The translations under genes were made by a program, and so were the position numbers. Below, in pieces: positions 59,090 to 64,000 of a DNA stretch of 64,000 nt. This DNA is from a virus, in IMG/VR virus record IMGVR_UViG_3300028581_000018, positions 45,450-109,449 of that record; one strand, given 5' to 3'. The notes below the pieces were generated by a model. That model was not told the DNA's origin, made no database searches, and was given only the letters and a program-made list of their open reading frames with translations. Within the stretch, counting starts at the first letter, position 1, and every line of letters starts with the position of its first letter.

Positions 59090-59332
59090 ATGTCAACACC
59101 TATACATAAAATCGTTTTTATCTTCAATTCAACTAATACTAAACAATTAGAAGAAGATACTAACAAAGTTAAAATGATTATTAAACGTAATTGTGAAGTT
59201 GTTACTGGCCCTGTATGTTTTAAACATGAAAGACAGCTTACAGCTTACATTAAGTTTAGTAATACATTAAATAGATTAATGGAATTTAAAAACCATAAAT
59301 CTGTTAATGTGCATATTTTAACTAAATCCTAA
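59090..59332 (+). CDS. rpsJ: Ribosomal protein uS10/NusE homologue lacking the ribosome-binding loop (80 aa)
   Basis: Manual alignment to a remembered S10 sequence: KIVFIFNS with KIRIKLKS, VVTGPV with VVSGPI, and HERQLTAYIKFSNTLNRLM...VNVHI with YKRLIDIYSSTAKTVDALM...VEVEI. Confidence 0.65.
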   Translation: MSTPIHKIVFIFNSTNTKQLEEDTNKVKMIIKRNCEVVTGPVCFKHERQLTAYIKFSNTLNRLMEFKNHKSVNVHILTKS

Positions 59333-59384
59333 TAAAAAGGTTGGTTAATGCTGGAATAACCATAAAGCATTATTTTTAATTTTT

Positions 59385-59497
59385 CCCTTTGCACTAACCG
59401 TAAGGTGAGCAGTTGTAATGTTACCTATTTAGGTTATGAAAAGACATTGGCGAGTTTTATACTCATTAGTCTTAACATTACAACTGAGTGCAGAGGG
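59385..59497 (+). ncRNA. Structured RNA motif, copy 2
   Basis: Same arms as 58668..58787, with a different interior. Confidence 0.6.
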
Positions 59498-59740
59498 TAA
59501 ATAAAAAACTCAATAACTTCCCAAGATGTTGAGAGCACAAGTTTTTCTTTGATAATGAGGAGTATAGCCTCACAGTCCGTAGTTTTATAACTAAACCCGT
59601 CTGAGCAGCCCACGCTTATAATATCAAAGTTTTAGGTGTAAAACACAGGATTTTATCTGGTAGACTTCATTTATCAGAGGCTTTATGGTGAGGCTGAAAC
59701 CATTTTTTATTAACCATTTAACCTCTAAAACAAATACATC

Positions 59741-60016
59741 ATGAAACAATTTCTTTTAAACTCTTCTTTAGTGGTTGCAATGATAGGCAGTGCCTTTTTT
59801 GTATCTTCTTTTGCTATTGATGTTGTTGGTAAGGATAACACCCCGCCGGCGCAACCTAAATCTTATGAAGTTACCCAGGCAATTATGGCATTAGAAGATA
59901 TGCGTGACTGGGTAGATGAAGATTTAATGTATGTACAAGAAGACTCTGTATTATATACTCGTCTTCAAGCGTATCGAAACAACCTCGATTTTGCAATAGA
60001 TCATCTTAATAGATAA
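59741..60016 (+). CDS. Membrane-anchored or secreted hypothetical protein
   Basis: N-terminal hydrophobic segment. Confidence 0.6.
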   Translation: MKQFLLNSSLVVAMIGSAFFVSSFAIDVVGKDNTPPAQPKSYEVTQAIMALEDMRDWVDEDLMYVQEDSVLYTRLQAYRNNLDFAIDHLNR

Positions 60017-60049
60017 TTTTAATCTCAAATCCACTCAAAACCACAAATC

Positions 60050-61165
60050 ATGACACAGAATTTTGGAAACTACTATTCACCTGAAAATCAAGAAAAAATT
60101 CAGCAAGTTCAAGCGTTAGAAGATAAAATCGCTCGCAAAATAGCATGGAAAAAGTTGAGTTTAGGTATAGGTTATAACATTACTGAGAAAGATGGTAAGT
60201 TATACTTTTCTATAACATGTTATACACCATCCATAGGCGTATATGGTCAAACATATATGAAAAGACAAACAGAAAATGGTTTGACTTTTGATGGTAAGAA
60301 AGTTAGATTTTGGTTTGGTAAAACTGACTGCTTCCTTAATATGAGCCAACATGACCTTGCTGTAGTGCTTAAAGCATTAAAAATAGACTGGCTTTTATCA
60401 AAGAAAGATACGTTTATTGTTGATCACGCAGTTTCAAAACCTACCATACTAGCAAAGATTTTATCTTTTAAGATTACAAACTTTACAGATTTGACAAAGT
60501 TTCTTATCAAAAATTATAAACTCAGATGCTCGGCAGCAACTTTTGATAACTACGTTACAGACAATTCACATTTATATTTCTTGAAGAAGATAAGCAGGCT
60601 TACAGAAAATGTAGATGAAAATGCAAAAGTCTATTTTGCTGGTACCAATGATTATCAGAACTTAGAAACGCATATCCTCATGCAAGATGTTCTAAATCAA
60701 GCAGAAACCCTCGAGGAAAAAGTTGATTTAAGATGGTCAAGTAAACGTTTAAATGAAGTTCATACTGATTTTACAAGTAGATTAATGTTGTACGAAACAG
60801 ATGCTGTTCCTGAAGACTATTTTGGTATACCAAAAGTGCAGAATATAGCTAACTTGCACGGTATTGAATACATTACGACTAGTAAACGTCTTTACATTGA
60901 AGGTTACACGTTAAAACATTGTGTGTATACCAGCTACGGAGACATTACCAGAAGAAAACAATACCTGGTTTTTCACATTGATGGTCATACACTGGGACTA
61001 AGATTTAGTAAACCTCTGGATAGCAAATCTGTGGTTGCAGAATGGGATCAACTTTATGGTAAGTTTAATTCTAGTCCTGATGATGAAACCACAGTTATAG
61101 CAAAAAGGTTTGTAGAAGAGTTAAACAATGTTCTTCAAGAAGAAAACTGCTTGCTTTCTGTTTAA
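60050..61165 (+). CDS. PcfJ-like domain protein
   Basis: LNEVH...LYIEGYTLKHCVYTSY...QLYGKFN. Confidence 0.75.
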   Translation: MTQNFGNYYSPENQEKIQQVQALEDKIARKIAWKKLSLGIGYNITEKDGKLYFSITCYTPSIGVYGQTYMKRQTENGLTFDGKKVRFWFGKTDCFLNMSQHDLAVVLKALKIDWLLSKKDTFIVDHAVSKPTILAKILSFKITNFTDLTKFLIKNYKLRCSAATFDNYVTDNSHLYFLKKISRLTENVDENAKVYFAGTNDYQNLETHILMQDVLNQAETLEEKVDLRWSSKRLNEVHTDFTSRLMLYETDAVPEDYFGIPKVQNIANLHGIEYITTSKRLYIEGYTLKHCVYTSYGDITRRKQYLVFHIDGHTLGLRFSKPLDSKSVVAEWDQLYGKFNSSPDDETTVIAKRFVEELNNVLQEENCLLSV

Positions 61166-61285
61166 TGTATTCCACGGCGGGCTCCCATATCCCAACGTTT
61201 CCCAACTCTTTGGGGGCCCGCCAAACTTATAGGTGGACATGAGTATACCTTTATAAACTCATACAATTCCTTTTATTTTACAACT

Positions 61286-61510
61286 ATGTATTTACACGAA
61301 AAACTAAATTTGTCAGAAGAACAAATTGAAAAAATCAGCAAAATAACAATGGAAGCTTATTCTTCTAATGATAATTTAGGAGATGTTATCTTAGACATCC
61401 ATGAAAAGATTACAGGTGAAATCCCTGATGAACAAGCAAAAATGTTGATGTTTGCATTTTTTGTTTTAGGTGCTAACCAGACAATAATGGAGGGTAATTC
61501 ACAAAAGTAA
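61286..61510 (+). CDS. Hypothetical protein
   Basis: ORF with an A-rich leader. Confidence 0.6.
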   Translation: MYLHEKLNLSEEQIEKISKITMEAYSSNDNLGDVILDIHEKITGEIPDEQAKMLMFAFFVLGANQTIMEGNSQK

Positions 61511-61558
61511 AACATACCACTCAATTTTCTTTTAATCACCAATTAACCATTTTTAATT

Positions 61559-61846
61559 ATGAACACAGTTAATGAAGCTTTAAACATTCCAATGTCAACA
61601 TGGAATGATGATCAAGAGAATGTTACTCAAGCACTCTTTGCAAATAATACAATATCAGATGCATTATTGCAGATTGGTAACAATGTAAAAAATGATGAGT
61701 TTAACATGAATGACGTTAACCTCACCATTTATGAACGCCGATTGCTAGCAGTAGGCTACATTCTTGGTTGTAATCTTACTGAACATACGATCAAAAAAAA
61801 GATCAAAGAAAATCCAGCTCTTCTCTTTGAATTTATGAGTAAATAA
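61559..61846 (+). CDS. Hypothetical protein
   Basis: ORF followed by a terminator. Confidence 0.6.
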   Translation: MNTVNEALNIPMSTWNDDQENVTQALFANNTISDALLQIGNNVKNDEFNMNDVNLTIYERRLLAVGYILGCNLTEHTIKKKIKENPALLFEFMSK

Positions 61847-61865
61847 GCAACTGTTAATCTTTTAC

Positions 61866-61897
61866 AGTGGTGGGTGGTTAGCCCACCACTATTTTTA
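61866..61897 (+). terminator. Intrinsic terminator
   Basis: AGTGGTGGG...CCCACCACT attttt. Confidence 0.75.
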
Positions 61898-61917
61898 ATC
61901 ATTAATCTTATTAAACA

Positions 61918-62334
61918 ATGAAAAAGTTACTATTTATTATGCTTACCCTACTAACAGTAACGGCGAGCGCACAGAAAACCACAATTTATGTAGATGTAAC
62001 ATACTCTCGAATGAAAGAGCGTATTACTGAAGATAATTGTTTCATAGAAAAAGAAAGTAATCATGAAGGTGAACGTGTAGTGCACATTCGTAACAATGAA
62101 TACGGTGATCAACTTTTAAGCTTAACCTTTTATACAGGAGAAGTATGTACCAGCCAAGGTATTCTTATGTATAATATGAATGTTATCAATGAACAGGTAA
62201 AACTTTATAATGAAAGTTTTGTAACCCTTTCTAAGGATAGCTGGCGGGTGTATGTTAAAGGAAAATCATACATTTGTAATCTTAAGACCTTAAAAGATAA
62301 CACTTTTTACTTTCACTGGTTACCAGAAAACTAA
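61918..62334 (+). CDS. Secreted protein with a Bacteroidota-type signal peptide
   Basis: MKKLLFIMLTLLTVTASA/Q (Q at +1). Confidence 0.7.
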   Translation: MKKLLFIMLTLLTVTASAQKTTIYVDVTYSRMKERITEDNCFIEKESNHEGERVVHIRNNEYGDQLLSLTFYTGEVCTSQGILMYNMNVINEQVKLYNESFVTLSKDSWRVYVKGKSYICNLKTLKDNTFYFHWLPEN

Positions 62335-62354
62335 ACAAACAAAAACAAAAAACC

Positions 62355-62687
62355 ATGAACAATTTAAAACAACAACAACTTCTGTTATCTCATCTCAACG
62401 AATTACTAAGTTCAATCAGTGATACCACTGATACTATGGCTTGTATTATAAATTCTATTCGTGAAGAACTTGATGCAGATTCTAAAGAAGAAACTGCTTG
62501 TGCTGATGGTCGTATTTTAGAAGAAGAACAAAAACGTTTTCAACAAAAATACGATTATGAAAAACTACACCATATGACAAAATATCATCTGGATAATGTA
62601 CAAGCATCAACCGGTGAGATAACTGTTGCAGACTACGAGTACTGTACCAATCTTACACAAAGGATTCTTGCATATCAATCTTCTTAA
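62355..62687 (+). CDS. Hypothetical protein
   Basis: ORF with an A-rich leader. Confidence 0.6.
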   Translation: MNNLKQQQLLLSHLNELLSSISDTTDTMACIINSIREELDADSKEETACADGRILEEEQKRFQQKYDYEKLHHMTKYHLDNVQASTGEITVADYEYCTNLTQRILAYQSS

Positions 62688-62786
62688 AATGTAGATTGAA
62701 TAATGATCTGCTTATGCCCACTAGTCCCTGAAGTAATTCAAACTAGTGGGTACAGCAAATCTTGTCCTGACTACTAAAAGAAAAAT

Positions 62787-62891
62787 ATGAAAAAGTTCAT
62801 AATAAACCAGTTGGAAACTAAACCATTTGGAGGAATGGTTGGAATAACCATTATATTGATTGCTTGTTTATTGATGGTAATCTTTATATAA
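62787..62891 (+). CDS. Small membrane peptide (34 aa; not in the ORF track)
   Basis: MKKFIINQLETKPFGGMVGITIILIACLLMVIFI*. Confidence 0.5.
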   Translation: MKKFIINQLETKPFGGMVGITIILIACLLMVIFI

Positions 62892-62898
62892 AACAAAT

Positions 62899-63118
62899 AG
62901 TCAGGTGGCGGAATTGGTAGAGCAAGTTGAAATAAACTGGGAGGAACACCGAGAGGAAGTAATGGCTCACAATCCCCTATCAAAACGGTAGACGCACTTA
63001 TAGAAGAATCAGGGATTGACTCCTGATACCTTAACCATAAGGTAAAGCATTGTTGAATGATGCAACTATAAGATTTGGGTGTACACTCAAATACAGGTTC
63101 AAATCCTGTCCTCGGCTA
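62899..63118 (+). ncRNA. tRNA-Leu-like scaffold with large inserts and no canonical anticodon loop
   Basis: 5' end AGTCAGG TG GCGGAATTGGTAGA, variable arm, T arm ACAGG TTCAAAT CCTGT, and 3' acceptor strand CCT(C)GGCT. Confidence 0.65.
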
Positions 63119-63159
63119 GACAAGTTGTATGTGGGAGGTAGAAATATCTCCTACATCTC

Positions 63160-63190
63160 TTGTTTCTTAACAAGAAGGTTCGTATATTTG
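63160..63190 (+). promoter_or_regulatory. Bacteroidota sigma-A-type promoter for the HNH gene
   Basis: TTG-N20-TATATTTG. Confidence 0.6.
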
Positions 63191-63210
63191 TGACTACAAA
63201 ATATAAGTAT

Positions 63211-63624
63211 ATGAAAAGATTTTTTGACAAAGTAGAAAAGACTGATACTTGCTGGTTGTGGAAAGCAGCTATTAGAGGTAAAACAAGATATGGTGCATTT
63301 AAACTTAATGGTAAAGTTATAGATGCTCATAGAATATCTTATGAATTACACAATGGGATTATTCCTGATGGGATGTATGTTTGTCACACTTGTGATAATA
63401 GAAAGTGTGTAAACCCTAATCATTTATTTTTAGGTTCTCCTAAAGATAATTGGCAAGATGGATTTGATAAACAAAGAATTAAACCATTAGGAGGAATAGA
63501 TACAGAGAAATTAAAAAAACATCCAAGTAGAGGTGCTTATTTAAGAGGATGTAGATGTGATGAATGTAAAGCTATCAATAACATGATGGTTAAAAGATAT
63601 AGGGAAGGATTAAAAAATAAATAA
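63211..63624 (+). CDS. HNH homing endonuclease
   Basis: CWLW...AHRISY...VCHTCDNRKCVNPNHLFLGSPKDN; likely start MKRFF at 63211. Confidence 0.9.
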   Translation: MKRFFDKVEKTDTCWLWKAAIRGKTRYGAFKLNGKVIDAHRISYELHNGIIPDGMYVCHTCDNRKCVNPNHLFLGSPKDNWQDGFDKQRIKPLGGIDTEKLKKHPSRGAYLRGCRCDECKAINNMMVKRYREGLKNK

Positions 63625-63798
63625 TCCTGTCCTGACTACAAAACACATATCACAAATAAAAATGTGATTTACTTTGAAATAGCCAATTATAAGCCAACAT
63701 AAAGCTGTTGGGTACAGACGGAGTAATTAACCTGAGTATAGAGCAACAATTGTGACATTGTAACAAATACCCATTTGAGTGATATGTGTTTAAAATAT

Positions 63799-63870
63799 AG
63801 TCAGGTAACGTTAATCGGCTAAACACCCATAAATCTTTGGGATCCCAGGTTCAAATCCTGTCCTCGACTA
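63799..63870 (+). ncRNA. Degenerate tRNA-like element, same family as 62899..63118
   Basis: AGTCAGG...CAGGTTCAAATCCTGTCCTCGACTA, with irregular D and anticodon arms. Confidence 0.55.
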
Positions 63871-63886
63871 CTAAAAATTGAAAGTT

Positions 63887-64000
63887 ATGAAAACAATAGA
63901 TGATTTTATTAAAGAACTTCAAATGATTAGTGAGAACAAAAGAAAGTTACCATTAGTCATTCAATGTCCTAATGGAGAATTAACATCACCATCAATAAAA
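63887..64000 (+). CDS. Hypothetical protein (partial)
   Basis: MKTIDDFIKELQ... open to the window end. Confidence 0.6.
   Translation, partial: MKTIDDFIKELQMISENKRKLPLVIQCPNGELTSPSIK

Noticed and set aside
58668-59497. CRISPR array or a known self-cleaving ribozyme
   Set aside because: There are only two copies, about 600 nt apart, with no repeat-spacer periodicity. I could not fit a hammerhead, HDV, twister, pistol or hatchet core.
62899-63870. Canonical tRNA genes or tmRNA
   Set aside because: No 7-nt anticodon loop, bulged acceptor stems, no Ala identity element and no tag ORF
1-64000. Stop-codon reassignment, known in some crAss-like phages
   Set aside because: Genes are intact and tightly packed under code 11, and TAA, TAG and TGA all end genes

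Overview
The whole window is part of a large AT-rich dsDNA phage genome with crAss-like (Crassvirales-type) organisation. It probably infects Bacteroidota, judging by TAnnTTTG promoter boxes and A-rich leaders without Shine-Dalgarno sites. Positions 1-55.45 kb are a minus-strand late module. In transcription order it holds fibre and lysis genes, an HU/IHF-like gene, a PD-(D/E)xK nuclease, TerS/TerL, portal, scaffold-like protein and major capsid protein. These are followed by small basic proteins, a Dps-like gene, Cys-rich tail proteins, ring and tail-stabilisation proteins, and large cargo proteins (lysozyme-like and L,D-transpeptidase domains); the last giant ORF runs off the left edge. A sharp composition switch at about 55.5 kb leads into a plus-strand early region. 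The notable items are: (i) a loop-deleted uS10/NusE homologue inside a dense array of structured non-coding modules, flanked by two copies of one RNA motif; (ii) tRNA-scaffold elements with non-canonical inserts; (iii) three homing endonuclease genes, each beside a duplicated piece of its neighbour; (iv) early genes built as motif-gene-terminator cassettes sharing GGCATTTCT; (v) a recurring xxGG peptide motif in internal virion proteins; (vi) a 3'-UTR hairpin antisense to the leaders of head genes. All family assignments come from reading motifs by eye; no database search was run.
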